Shown: piece by piece, positions 8,996 to 17,421 of the stretch
Layout of the letters: the number at the start of each line of letters is the position of its first letter
Numbering within the stretch: the stretch's first letter is position 1
NCBI GenBank assembly: GCA_039630345.1
Contig: JBCNVD010000025.1
Span: 1-33,015 of the forward strand
Direction of reading: 5' to 3'
Length of the DNA: 33,015 nt
From: Aquificaceae bacterium
Lineage (GTDB): Bacteria > Aquificota > Aquificia > Aquificales > Aquificaceae
Translations under genes and position numbers: made by a program
The notes under the pieces: model-generated
Databases searched by the model: none
The model's input: the letters and a program-made list of their open reading frames with translations, nothing else
What the model was told of the DNA's origin: nothing

Positions 8996-9973
8996 ATGAG
9001 AATAGTCGCAATAGGAGGAGGCACTGGCTTATCAACTCTGCTAAGGGGTCTAAAAGAAAAGGTTGGGAGCTCTATCTTGAAGCTCTCTGCTATAGTAACC
9101 GTTGCGGATAGCGGTGGTAGCACAGGCAGACTCAGAAAAGCCTATAAAATGCCTGCTCCCGGGGATATAAGAAACTGCATCGCGGCTCTTTCAGAGAGCG
9201 AGGAGATAATAAAGGCTCTTTTTCAGTATAGATTTAGCAAAGGGGAGTGTGAAGGGCATGCCTTTGGAAATCTTTTGCTAGTTGCCTTAACTGACATAAC
9301 TGGCTCTTTTTTGCAGGGCGTTTCAATTGCTTCGCAGATTCTAAGAACGAGAGGGGAAATAATTCCTTCTACTTTTGAAAACATAGAGCTTTGGGCAAGG
9401 TTTGAAGACGGGAAAGAAATAAAGGGAGAAGAGGAAATAACCCAGTATGGAAAAGAATCCTTAAGCAAAATTCAAAAAGTGTGGATAGAGCCAGAGGATG
9501 CAAGAGCTCCTTCTGAGGCTATAGACAGGATATTGGAAGCTGACATGATAGTTTTTGGTCCGGGAAGTTTATACACCAGTGTTTTGCCAAATTTGCTGGT
9601 AAAAGATATTAAAAAATCCATAGAAGATAGCAATGCCCTTAGAGTGTTTATAGTAAACGCAATGACGCAACCCGGGGAGACCACAGGATACACTGCATTT
9701 GACCATCTTGAAAAATTTTTAATATCAAGCGGGCTTTCAAAAATAGACGCTGCAATAGTAAATACCAGAATGCCAAGCGATAGAATTTTAAGAGCTTACC
9801 TTGAAAACTCTCAAGAGCCAGTTGTGCCAGATGTTAGCAAAATAGCAAGGGCAGGGATAAAGGTCTACACTGGAGATTTAATAGGGGAAAAGGAGGATTT
9901 TGTAAGACACGACCCTGAGAGACTTGCGGAGTTATTGATAAGTCTTTTGCAAGTTCATGAATCTCTTTCTTGA
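8996..9973 (+). CDS. yvcK: YvcK/GlmR (CofD-like) UDP-GlcNAc-binding protein
   Basis: IVAIGGGTGLS, VTVADSGGSTGRLR, PGDIRNC, GHAFGNL, GPGSLYTSVLPNL, MTQPGET, RHDP. Confidence 0.95.
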   Translation: MRIVAIGGGTGLSTLLRGLKEKVGSSILKLSAIVTVADSGGSTGRLRKAYKMPAPGDIRNCIAALSESEEIIKALFQYRFSKGECEGHAFGNLLLVALTDITGSFLQGVSIASQILRTRGEIIPSTFENIELWARFEDGKEIKGEEEITQYGKESLSKIQKVWIEPEDARAPSEAIDRILEADMIVFGPGSLYTSVLPNLLVKDIKKSIEDSNALRVFIVNAMTQPGETTGYTAFDHLEKFLISSGLSKIDAAIVNTRMPSDRILRAYLENSQEPVVPDVSKIARAGIKVYTGDLIGEKEDFVRHDPERLAELLISLLQVHESLS

Positions 9974-11450
9974 GCCCTCTTTTGCCAGCGAGTTAAGGGC
10001 TGAGGTTCTGATAGTAGGTGCAGGAATTGCAGGTCTTAATGCTGCAATAACGCTTAAAACCCTTGGGATTGAGCCTGTTTTGATCTATTGGGAGAGAGAG
10101 AGCTCTGTATACTCTCAGGGGGGAATAGCCTGCGCAACAAAGAGGGGAGATAGCCCGCAGCTTCATCTTCTTGATACCTTAAGAGCTGGCAGGGGGCTGT
10201 GTGATGAGAGGGCTGTCAGGGTTCTTGTTGAGGAAGGAATAAGAGAAATAGCAAAACTTGAGAGTTATGGCCTTAAATTTGATGAAAAGTCAACAAAAGA
10301 GGGCGGACATAGCTTTGAGAGGATTTTGAGAGTTGGGGACTTTACCGGAAGAGAGGTTGTAAAGACTTTAAAGAAAAAGGTAGAGGAGTTAAAAATCGGG
10401 ATTTTTAAGCTAAAAGCTCAGGAGATTATCCATGACGGGCGAATTTTGGGAATTTTGGCCATAGATGAGAATAAATCAGTAATTTTAATAGTTGCCAAAG
10501 CGGTAATTTTAGCAAGCGGTGGATATTCAGCAATATTTTCAGGCTCTTCAAACCCAGAAGGGGCAAGGGGGGACATCATAGGTGCATCTTTAAGAGCGGG
10601 ACTTGAGCTTAAAAACATGGAATTTGTGCAGTTTCATCCAACTTTGTTAGAAAGTTCAAAGTTTTTGCTAACCGAAGCCCTAAGGGGCGAGGGGGCAATT
10701 TTAATAGACGAAGATGGGGAGAGGTTTGTAGACGAGCTATTGCCAAGAGATGTAGTCGCAAGAAGCATCTACAAGAAGATAAAAGCCGGAAAGAGGGTTT
10801 TTCTTGACCTAAAGAGGGTAAAGGACCTTCCTGAGAGGTTTCCAACGATTTTTAACCATCTTTTAAGTCTTGGACTTAAAATAAAAGAGCCTGTGCCTGT
10901 AGTTCCCGGGGCACACTTTAGCATAGGGGGTATATCAGTAGACCTCTGGGGAAGGACGCAGATAGAGGGGCTTTATGCAATTGGGGAGTGTGCCTGCAAT
11001 GGAGTTCACGGCGCTAACAGACTTGCGTCGAATGCGCTTTTAGAGGGGCTTGTGTTTGGCTCAAGAGCAGGGTATGCTATCTATCATGACATTAAAGGGG
11101 CGGAATTTAAGGGGGTGAAAGTTTTTTCGCGCCGAAGGCGCGGCTTATGTAATCCAGAATTTACAAAAAAAGAACTCTCTAAGCTGGTTTTTGAGCTATG
11201 TGGTCTTGAAAGAGACGAAAGTGGGCTTAAAGAGGCTCTTAATAAATTAAATACCTGGCTGGAAGCGTCAGAGCTATGGGAGAGAACGCCGGAAAATAGA
11301 GAGCTTCTTGATGAGTGTCTGGTTGCAAAGGCCATGGTAGAGTCAGCTCTTTGGAGAAAAGAGAGCAGAGGGGTGCACTTTAGAAGCGACTTTTCGTTTG
11401 AAAGAGAAGAGTTTAGAAAAGATAGCCACTATAGGCTCTATTTAGCTTAA
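9957..11450 (+). CDS. nadB: L-aspartate oxidase
   Basis: GAGIAG FAD motif, SQGGIA, EGGHS, QFHPT, TEALRGEGA, PRDVVAR, HGANRLASNALLEG, ESRGVHFRSD. Confidence 0.93.
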   Translation: MNLFLEPSFASELRAEVLIVGAGIAGLNAAITLKTLGIEPVLIYWERESSVYSQGGIACATKRGDSPQLHLLDTLRAGRGLCDERAVRVLVEEGIREIAKLESYGLKFDEKSTKEGGHSFERILRVGDFTGREVVKTLKKKVEELKIGIFKLKAQEIIHDGRILGILAIDENKSVILIVAKAVILASGGYSAIFSGSSNPEGARGDIIGASLRAGLELKNMEFVQFHPTLLESSKFLLTEALRGEGAILIDEDGERFVDELLPRDVVARSIYKKIKAGKRVFLDLKRVKDLPERFPTIFNHLLSLGLKIKEPVPVVPGAHFSIGGISVDLWGRTQIEGLYAIGECACNGVHGANRLASNALLEGLVFGSRAGYAIYHDIKGAEFKGVKVFSRRRRGLCNPEFTKKELSKLVFELCGLERDESGLKEALNKLNTWLEASELWERTPENRELLDECLVAKAMVESALWRKESRGVHFRSDFSFEREEFRKDSHYRLYLA

Positions 11451-12413
11451 CTCCCTGTCTTTGATTCTTGGGTCAAGTAGAGCCAGAAGAATGTCAGCTA
11501 TGAAGTTTCCAAGGAGCAAAAGGATGGTGCCTATATATAGCCCCCCCATAACCAGATAGAGGTCCTGGGAAAGAACCGCATCGAGCATCAAAGAGCCAAG
11601 GCCGGGCCAGCCAAAGATGATTTCAATGATTGCAGCGCCTGATAGCAAAGAGGCAATCTCAAAGCCAATCAGGGTTATAAAGGGGTTGAGAGAGTTTTTA
11701 AAAAGGTGTTTTCTGATTGATTTTTCATCAAGACCCTTTGCCCTGAGGGCAATTAAAAAGGGACTTTTTTTAAGCTCTATTACCGCGCTTCGCATCAGGC
11801 GGACAAGTCCTGCACTTGAGATGAGAGTTAGGGTAATTAAGGGGACTGAGATGTGATAGAAAATATCCAGAATCTTCTCAGGGAGGCTCATGGAAGCAAA
11901 ATCAGGGCTTGTAATTCCCCCTATTGGCACCATGCCAAAGGAAGAGACAAAGACAAGGAGCAAAAAAGCAAGAAAAAAAGACGGCACTGACATAAAAGCG
12001 TAGCTAAAAAAGAGAGCAAACTTATCAAGCTTTGAGCCTTCTTTAAGACCTGCAAAAAAGCCAAGCGGGATGGCTATAAGCCAGGACAAAACTGCAGAGC
12101 TCAGACTAAGAGCCAGGGTTGCAGGAACTCTATCAAGAATAAGCTCACTTACAGGTGCGTGATACTGAAAGCTATACCCAAGGTCAAAGGCAAAAGCAGA
12201 TAAGAGCCACTTTAAAAACTGCGAAAAAACATCCTTATCAAGACCAAATTGCTCTTTTAAGAGCTCTATGGTCTGCTCTGAAACCTGAGGGTTTAGCCTT
12301 AGCTGGTCAAGGTAATCCCCGGGCGCAAACTTTATTATCAAAAACGAGATGAAACTAACGCCTATTAAAGTTATAAAAGACTGAAAGAGTCTCAGGATAA
12401 GAAAGCTGACCAT
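11442..12413 (-). CDS. Peptide/nickel ABC transporter permease (OppB/DppB family)
   Basis: APGD, FGLDK, DLGYSF, RVPATLAL, EAA-like ALRAKGL, IFGWPGLG, LLDPRI. Confidence 0.93.
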   Translation of the reverse strand: MVSFLILRLFQSFITLIGVSFISFLIIKFAPGDYLDQLRLNPQVSEQTIELLKEQFGLDKDVFSQFLKWLLSAFAFDLGYSFQYHAPVSELILDRVPATLALSLSSAVLSWLIAIPLGFFAGLKEGSKLDKFALFFSYAFMSVPSFFLAFLLLVFVSSFGMVPIGGITSPDFASMSLPEKILDIFYHISVPLITLTLISSAGLVRLMRSAVIELKKSPFLIALRAKGLDEKSIRKHLFKNSLNPFITLIGFEIASLLSGAAIIEIIFGWPGLGSLMLDAVLSQDLYLVMGGLYIGTILLLLGNFIADILLALLDPRIKDRELS

Positions 12414-12775
12414 CAGAGGCTGTTTGCTATAAAGAACTTAACCTGTCTAAAGTAGCGCTCAATCTCTTTTCTGTGCTTGTTTTTGACATATGAGACGAGC
12501 TTTCTATCATCCAGCAAGCCTATAATTGGTATAAAGTCCGGGATAGAATCTTTTGTTTTGATAAAGTAATTAACAGCGCTGATAAAGTCTCTTCTGGCAT
12601 CTTCAGAGAGGTCAAAGTCTTTGTCTATCAAGATTCTCAAAATAACTCTAAGGTCAAGTATTAAATTCCTGACAAATTCCATTGTAGGGCCTATTTGGGA
12701 AACTTTTTTTTCAAATTCCAGAGCAAGAGAGCGAGGGTCTATTTCAGCATAGTAGAGTTCTAACTTCCTCTCCAC
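12413..12775 (-). CDS. DUF1232 / YkvA family protein (likely GTG start at 12775)
   Basis: AVNYFIKTKDSIPDFIPIIGLLDD signature; the ORF-track start at 12829 overlaps frr. Confidence 0.8.
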   Translation of the reverse strand: MERKLELYYAEIDPRSLALEFEKKVSQIGPTMEFVRNLILDLRVILRILIDKDFDLSEDARRDFISAVNYFIKTKDSIPDFIPIIGLLDDRKLVSYVKNKHRKEIERYFRQVKFFIANSL

Positions 12776-12785
12776 TGGCTTAAAG

Positions 12786-12793
12786 ATTATAAT
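12786..12793. promoter_or_regulatory. Palindromic ATTATAAT giving TATAAT on both strands; candidate bidirectional promoter
   Basis: TATAAT 8 nt before the frr GTG (12802) and, on the minus strand, 10 nt before the DUF1232 GTG (12775). Confidence 0.6.
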
Positions 12794-12801
12794 TAAAAGC
12801 T

Positions 12802-13347
12802 GTGAATGGCAACCTTCTGGATCAGGCAAAAGAGGATATGCAAAAAGCGGTCGCTTACTTTAAAAACGAGATTGCAGGTCTTAGAACTGGCAGGGCAAGC
12901 ACTGCTCTTGTGGAGGAAATAAAAGTAGAATACTACGGCTCTAAAGTTCCGCTAAAACAGCTCTCAAGTGTGTCTGTGCCTGAGGCAAGCCAGATAGTTA
13001 TTCAGCTCTGGGATGCAAACGCAGTGCCACTTGTGGAAAAGGCAATAAGCGAAACTCTTGGACTAAATCCCCAGCGTCAGGGAAATACCTTAAGAATAAA
13101 CCTGCCCCCTTTAACTCAGGAAAGGAGAAAAGAGCTTGTAAAGATGCTAAACAAAATGACAGAAGAGGCAAGAGTGGCAATAAGAAACATCAGAAAAGAC
13201 ATCAAGTCCGCCATAGAATCCCGTGAAGGGGTCTCTCAGGACGAAATTAAAAGAGATCTTGATAAGCTCCAGAAACTAACCGATAAGTTTATCGAAGAGA
13301 TAAACGCCCTCTCGCAGGCAAAAGAGAGAGAGATAATGGGGGGCTAG
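12802..13347 (+). CDS. frr: Ribosome recycling factor
   Basis: LRTGRAS, VEYYGSKVPL, LGLNP, LPPLTQERRKELVK, ARVAIRNIR, LQKLTDKFI. Confidence 0.97.
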   Translation: MNGNLLDQAKEDMQKAVAYFKNEIAGLRTGRASTALVEEIKVEYYGSKVPLKQLSSVSVPEASQIVIQLWDANAVPLVEKAISETLGLNPQRQGNTLRINLPPLTQERRKELVKMLNKMTEEARVAIRNIRKDIKSAIESREGVSQDEIKRDLDKLQKLTDKFIEEINALSQAKEREIMGG

Positions 13348-13348
13348 T

Positions 13349-13636
13349 TTGGACTTTCCCGAGATTTTGGTAATACTGGTAGTAGCCTTAATATTCCTAG
13401 GTCCCGAGAGGATGCTCGAGGTTGCAACGCAAATAGGCGAAATGCTAAGAAAAGTAAGGCAAACATGGGACGAGCTAAGATACCAACTTTATTTAGAAAA
13501 CCTAAGAGCCAAGCAAGGTTCTTATTTAAATCAAGAAAATAGCTCAGAAGATGGAGAAAACCCTGATGCAGGAACAGGAACTTCCGAGAATGCCCCTGAC
13601 GGAGCATCTGAGAGAGCTCCGAAGCAGGCTGATTAA
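13349..13636 (+). CDS. tatB: Twin-arginine translocase TatA/TatB-family subunit (TatB-like)
   Basis: PEILVILVVALIFLGPERM: TM with Glu and GP hinge, then an amphipathic helix; directly upstream of tatC; TTG start. Confidence 0.75.
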   Translation: MDFPEILVILVVALIFLGPERMLEVATQIGEMLRKVRQTWDELRYQLYLENLRAKQGSYLNQENSSEDGENPDAGTGTSENAPDGASERAPKQAD

Positions 13637-14297
13637 GTCAATCATCGCGATTTTGATAGGAACAGGCATTTCATTCTACGGAGCAAGCCATATCTTTGAG
13701 TTTTTAAAAGAGCCCGTTTTAAAATCCTACCCTCAGGTTGAGTTAATTACCCTCTCTCCTACAGAGCCTCTTTTTATACTCTTTAAAATATCAATAGCCT
13801 TTGGGTTTATACTGAGTTTGCCTATTATTTTGTTTCAGCTCTGGAGATTCGTAGAGCCTGCTCTTTATCCAAACGAAAAGCGTCTGGTGCTACCACTGAC
13901 ATTATCTTCCATAGTGCTATTTTTGCTCGGGATAGTCTTTGCATATCTTGTGGTTTTGCCAATAGCTCTGAAATTTCTCATTGGCATAGGCTTTAGCCAG
14001 CTTCAGGCAAAGCCATATCTTTCGGTAGATCTTTATATCTCGTTTTTGCTAAAGATGTTAATAGCCTTTGGAGTAGCCTTTGAGTTGCCGGTTTTTGTCT
14101 TTATACTTCAGCAGGCAGGGATAGTTTCCCAAAAACAGCTAAAAGCCTTTAGAAAATACTTTGTTGTAATATCTTTTGTAATAGGAGCAATTATAGCCCC
14201 TGATGTGACAACTCAGGTCCTTATGGCAATACCTCTAATTTTGCTCTATGAACTATCGATAATGGTAGGCAAACTTGCCTCAAAAGGTAAAAATTAA
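13590..14297 (+). CDS. tatC: Twin-arginine translocase subunit TatC (likely start MPLTEHL at 13590; ORF extends to 13551)
   Basis: EHLRELRSRL, QLWRFVEPALYPNEKR, FGVAFELP, APDVTTQ, LYELSI. Confidence 0.96.
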   Translation: MPLTEHLRELRSRLIKSIIAILIGTGISFYGASHIFEFLKEPVLKSYPQVELITLSPTEPLFILFKISIAFGFILSLPIILFQLWRFVEPALYPNEKRLVLPLTLSSIVLFLLGIVFAYLVVLPIALKFLIGIGFSQLQAKPYLSVDLYISFLLKMLIAFGVAFELPVFVFILQQAGIVSQKQLKAFRKYFVVISFVIGAIIAPDVTTQVLMAIPLILLYELSIMVGKLASKGKN

Positions 14298-14302
14298 CCT
14301 AA

Positions 14303-15220
14303 ATGAAAATACTTCTAACTGGCGCAACCGGCTTTGTGGGAAGACACACTTATAAAGAGCTAATTAGCCAAGGGTATGATGTTACATGCCTTGTAAGAAA
14401 TTTGGAGCTAGCAAAGGAAATCTTGCCCGGCGCAAAACTCATCAAAGCAGACCTCTTTGACGCAAACGAGGTAATGAGCGCAATATCCAAAGCCAGGCCA
14501 GAAGTGGTTATTCATCTGGTTGGAATTCTTTACCAGAAGGGAAAAGACACCTTCACAGAGGTTCACATAGGGCACACCAGAAGACTCCTTGAAGCATGCC
14601 TAAAGCATGGAGTAAGAAGATTTATATTTGTCAGCTCTTTGGGAACAGACATCAAAGCCCCCTCTTTGTATCATCAGACGAAGTTCATAGCCGAGAGAGA
14701 GATCATCCAGTCAGGACTTGAACACTTGATTTTAAGACCCTCAATAATCCTTGGGCCAGAGCAAAGACTTTTAAAAGACCTCTGGTCTCTCACCAGATTT
14801 CTCAGATTTATCGCCATTCCAGACCCTGACTACCTATTTCAGCCTGTAGATGTTAGAGATCTAAAGCGCGCCCTTGCGGGCGCAGTAAAGATCAGCCCCC
14901 CCAACAAACCCATAGAAATATGCGGGCCCTCCACCATCAGCATGAAATGCCTTTTTTCCCAGATTCTCTCGGGCTTTAAAAGAGAGGTTTTGATAATCCC
15001 TGCGCCTAAAACCCTGCTTAAGCTAGGAGCCAGCATAAACGAGACTTTTAGGCTAGATTTGCCTATTAGCAAAGACCAGCTTCTTATGATGTGGAGGGAT
15101 AATATCTGCGGACTTGATGAAAACGCCATAAAAGACGGGGTTAAATTCTTAACCAGCAACGACCCAATACCTCTTAGAGATTCAATAAGCTATTCTCTTG
15201 AAGGCTTTAGCCCCACCTGA
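14303..15220 (+). CDS. Atypical SDR / NAD(P)-dependent epimerase (NDUFA9-like)
   Basis: LLTGATGFVG, VIHLVGI, FVSSLG, YHQTK (YxxxK), ILRPSIILG, QPVDVRD. Confidence 0.85.
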   Translation: MKILLTGATGFVGRHTYKELISQGYDVTCLVRNLELAKEILPGAKLIKADLFDANEVMSAISKARPEVVIHLVGILYQKGKDTFTEVHIGHTRRLLEACLKHGVRRFIFVSSLGTDIKAPSLYHQTKFIAEREIIQSGLEHLILRPSIILGPEQRLLKDLWSLTRFLRFIAIPDPDYLFQPVDVRDLKRALAGAVKISPPNKPIEICGPSTISMKCLFSQILSGFKREVLIIPAPKTLLKLGASINETFRLDLPISKDQLLMMWRDNICGLDENAIKDGVKFLTSNDPIPLRDSISYSLEGFSPT

Positions 15221-15998
15221 GCTTTTCTCTAAGGAGGGTAAAAAAACCCCTTCTCGGATTTGGATATGTAAGGCATCTAAAGGGCGATAACTCAATTTTA
15301 ACAACCTGATTCTCTGAGAGCTCTATGCCCTCTTGCCCATCAAGGGTCAAATATGATTCTGACTGCGCAGAAAGATAAACCTTTGAATCCTTTGGCAAAA
15401 CCAGCGGTCTGCTGGTTAGGGAATGTGGGCAAACGGGCACCAAAATAAGAGCATCAAGACCGGGATGCAATATTGGGCCCCCTGCAGAAAGAGCATAGGC
15501 CGTAGAGCCTGTGGCGCTTGAGACTATAATCCCATCCCCGCGAACAGATAGAGCCTGCTCGTTGCCGATTTTTACCTGCAGCTGCAGTATGCGCGAAAGG
15601 CTTTTTCTGGACAAAACCACATCATTTAAGACATCTCCTATTAACCTATCTTCTAGGCTCACTCTTAGCATGCTCCTTTGCAAAGACTTTAGCTCGCCTT
15701 TTAATATCAGCTCTATATCATTTATTATTTCATCCGGCGCAAACTCTGTTAAAAAGCCAAACCTTCCCTGATTTACGCCGACTATTGCAACGCCCAGAGG
15801 GCAAAATATTCTGGCAGCATTTAAAAAGGTGCCATCACCGCCAACTGCCACAACAAGAGATGGCGGATCTTTTAAAAACTCCTTTGCATCTTTCAGGTCA
15901 ATACATATAGTCTCGGCCAGTCTGCCTAGCTCAATAGCCAGCATTTGCGCGGTCTTTATTGCTTCCTGACTGTTTTTATGCAATAAAACTACTTTCAA
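15207..15998 (-). CDS. nadK: NAD kinase
   Basis: VGGDGTFL, GVNQGRFGFL, LNDVV, GDGIIVSSATGSTAYALSAGGPI, PVCPHSL, LDGQ. Confidence 0.96.
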   Translation of the reverse strand: MKVVLLHKNSQEAIKTAQMLAIELGRLAETICIDLKDAKEFLKDPPSLVVAVGGDGTFLNAARIFCPLGVAIVGVNQGRFGFLTEFAPDEIINDIELILKGELKSLQRSMLRVSLEDRLIGDVLNDVVLSRKSLSRILQLQVKIGNEQALSVRGDGIIVSSATGSTAYALSAGGPILHPGLDALILVPVCPHSLTSRPLVLPKDSKVYLSAQSESYLTLDGQEGIELSENQVVKIELSPFRCLTYPNPRRGFFTLLREKLRWG

Positions 15999-16558
15999 AG
16001 CTCTTTTTCAACAATTTCACAAAGAACATGCATCAGCGTTATGTGGCATTCCTGAATCCTTGCAGTATCGTAAGAAGGGACAACCAGGCAATAGTGAGCC
16101 ACTTTTACAAGCTCTCCCCCATCTCTTCCGGTAAGTGCAATAGTGGTTGCGCCTAGTGACTTGGCTTTTAAAATCCCTCTTATTACATTCTGCGATTTGC
16201 CGGAGGTTGATATTCCAATGGCAATGTCCCCGGGCATACAGAGAGCTTCTAACTGCCTTTCAAAAACGCTCTCAAAGCCAAAGTCGTTGCCAAGAGCGGT
16301 TAAAATAGAGCTATCAGAACTTAAAGCAATGGCGGGCAAGGGTCTTCTGTTTGATTTAAATCTGCCTATGAGCTCCGCTGCAAGATGCTGGGCATCACTT
16401 GCGCTTCCGCCGTTGCCAAAAACCAAAACCTTGGCTCTTTCTTTCAGCGCGGTCGCTATTATCCCGGCTATTTCTACGATTTTATCCGCATAAAAGCTTG
16501 CAAAGGACAGCTTTACCTCAGAGCTCTCTCTGAAGAATTTAATAACCTCATCTGTCAT
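15995..16558 (-). CDS. gmhA: D-sedoheptulose 7-phosphate isomerase
   Basis: FGNGGSASDAQHLAAE, TALGNDFGF, GISTSGKS, TARIQECH. Confidence 0.95.
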   Translation of the reverse strand: MTDEVIKFFRESSEVKLSFASFYADKIVEIAGIIATALKERAKVLVFGNGGSASDAQHLAAELIGRFKSNRRPLPAIALSSDSSILTALGNDFGFESVFERQLEALCMPGDIAIGISTSGKSQNVIRGILKAKSLGATTIALTGRDGGELVKVAHYCLVVPSYDTARIQECHITLMHVLCEIVEKEL

Positions 16559-17417
16559 TTAGCTCACCAATAGTGAACTTATGCATTTTTTTGAAAAACT
16601 CCATGAGTCTATGGCGATGGTATTCTTCCTGCTTGTTTATAAAGTCCAGTAGTTTCTTTACATGCTGCTGATGGTTTTGAAGGAGCTCTTTAGAGTATTT
16701 ATCTCCTGAAATCGATTCCATTGAGAGGTCTTTTTTGACCTGCTCTGTGAAGTTTACTGACCTTTTTTCGCTAAAGTCCACCCGTGAAAGGTCTGGCATT
16801 GCGCCCATCTCCCCTATTGCCTCGCCGATTTTGCCCATGTGAACCATGCTCTCTATGGCAAGATCCATAACCATATCCTTGTATTCCCAGTTTTTAGAGT
16901 GGAAAAATTGATATAAATAGTTGATAATTAGCTGATATTCTTCTTTTAAAAACTCATTAAGGAGCTTTATCTCAGGCTTTTCAGAAGGCCCGGCTTCAGA
17001 AGGGCTATCCTGGACGGAATTTAACATCTTTTCAAACTCTTCAGCGTGCTCTTTTTCGTCGTTTATTACCCTCTCAAGGAGTTTTTTAACAGAATCGTCT
17101 TTTGTGAGCTCTAGATGTGAAGAGTAAACTTCTATTGCTTTTTTCTCTGCGTAGACATTGTTTTGAAGCATCTCTTTTATGGAGTTCCCTATCATTATCA
17201 TATCTTCCGCTCTATCCAGACTTACCTGACCGCCAAGCTGGACGACTTTTTGACCAAACCATTTTAGATGGCGCATTTCCTGACGGGCAATTTCTTCTAT
17301 TTCAGAAACCACTTCCGGGTCAGGTATTAAAAATATGTGATAAAGATACTGAATAATAGCTGAATGCTCCAGCGCAATGTCATAAATGAGCGCGCTAATT
17401 AGCTCTTTTTTATCCAA
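16548..17417 (-). CDS. Tandem (two-domain) ferritin/bacterioferritin-like protein
   Basis: Repeat 1: ALEHSAIIQY...QEMRH...AEKKAIEVY...DEKEH. Repeat 2: EEYQLIINY...ESMVH...MESISGDKY...QEEYH. TTG start. Confidence 0.85.
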   Translation of the reverse strand: MDKKELISALIYDIALEHSAIIQYLYHIFLIPDPEVVSEIEEIARQEMRHLKWFGQKVVQLGGQVSLDRAEDMIMIGNSIKEMLQNNVYAEKKAIEVYSSHLELTKDDSVKKLLERVINDEKEHAEEFEKMLNSVQDSPSEAGPSEKPEIKLLNEFLKEEYQLIINYLYQFFHSKNWEYKDMVMDLAIESMVHMGKIGEAIGEMGAMPDLSRVDFSEKRSVNFTEQVKKDLSMESISGDKYSKELLQNHQQHVKKLLDFINKQEEYHRHRLMEFFKKMHKFTIGELNDR

Positions 17418-17421
17418 AGGA

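Noticed and set aside
11442..12413. Lone OppB/DppB permease without binding protein or ATPase
   Set aside because: Dispersed pathway genes are the norm in this window (also frr without pyrH, yceD without rpmF, nadB without nadA/nadC); partners are probably elsewhere in the genome.
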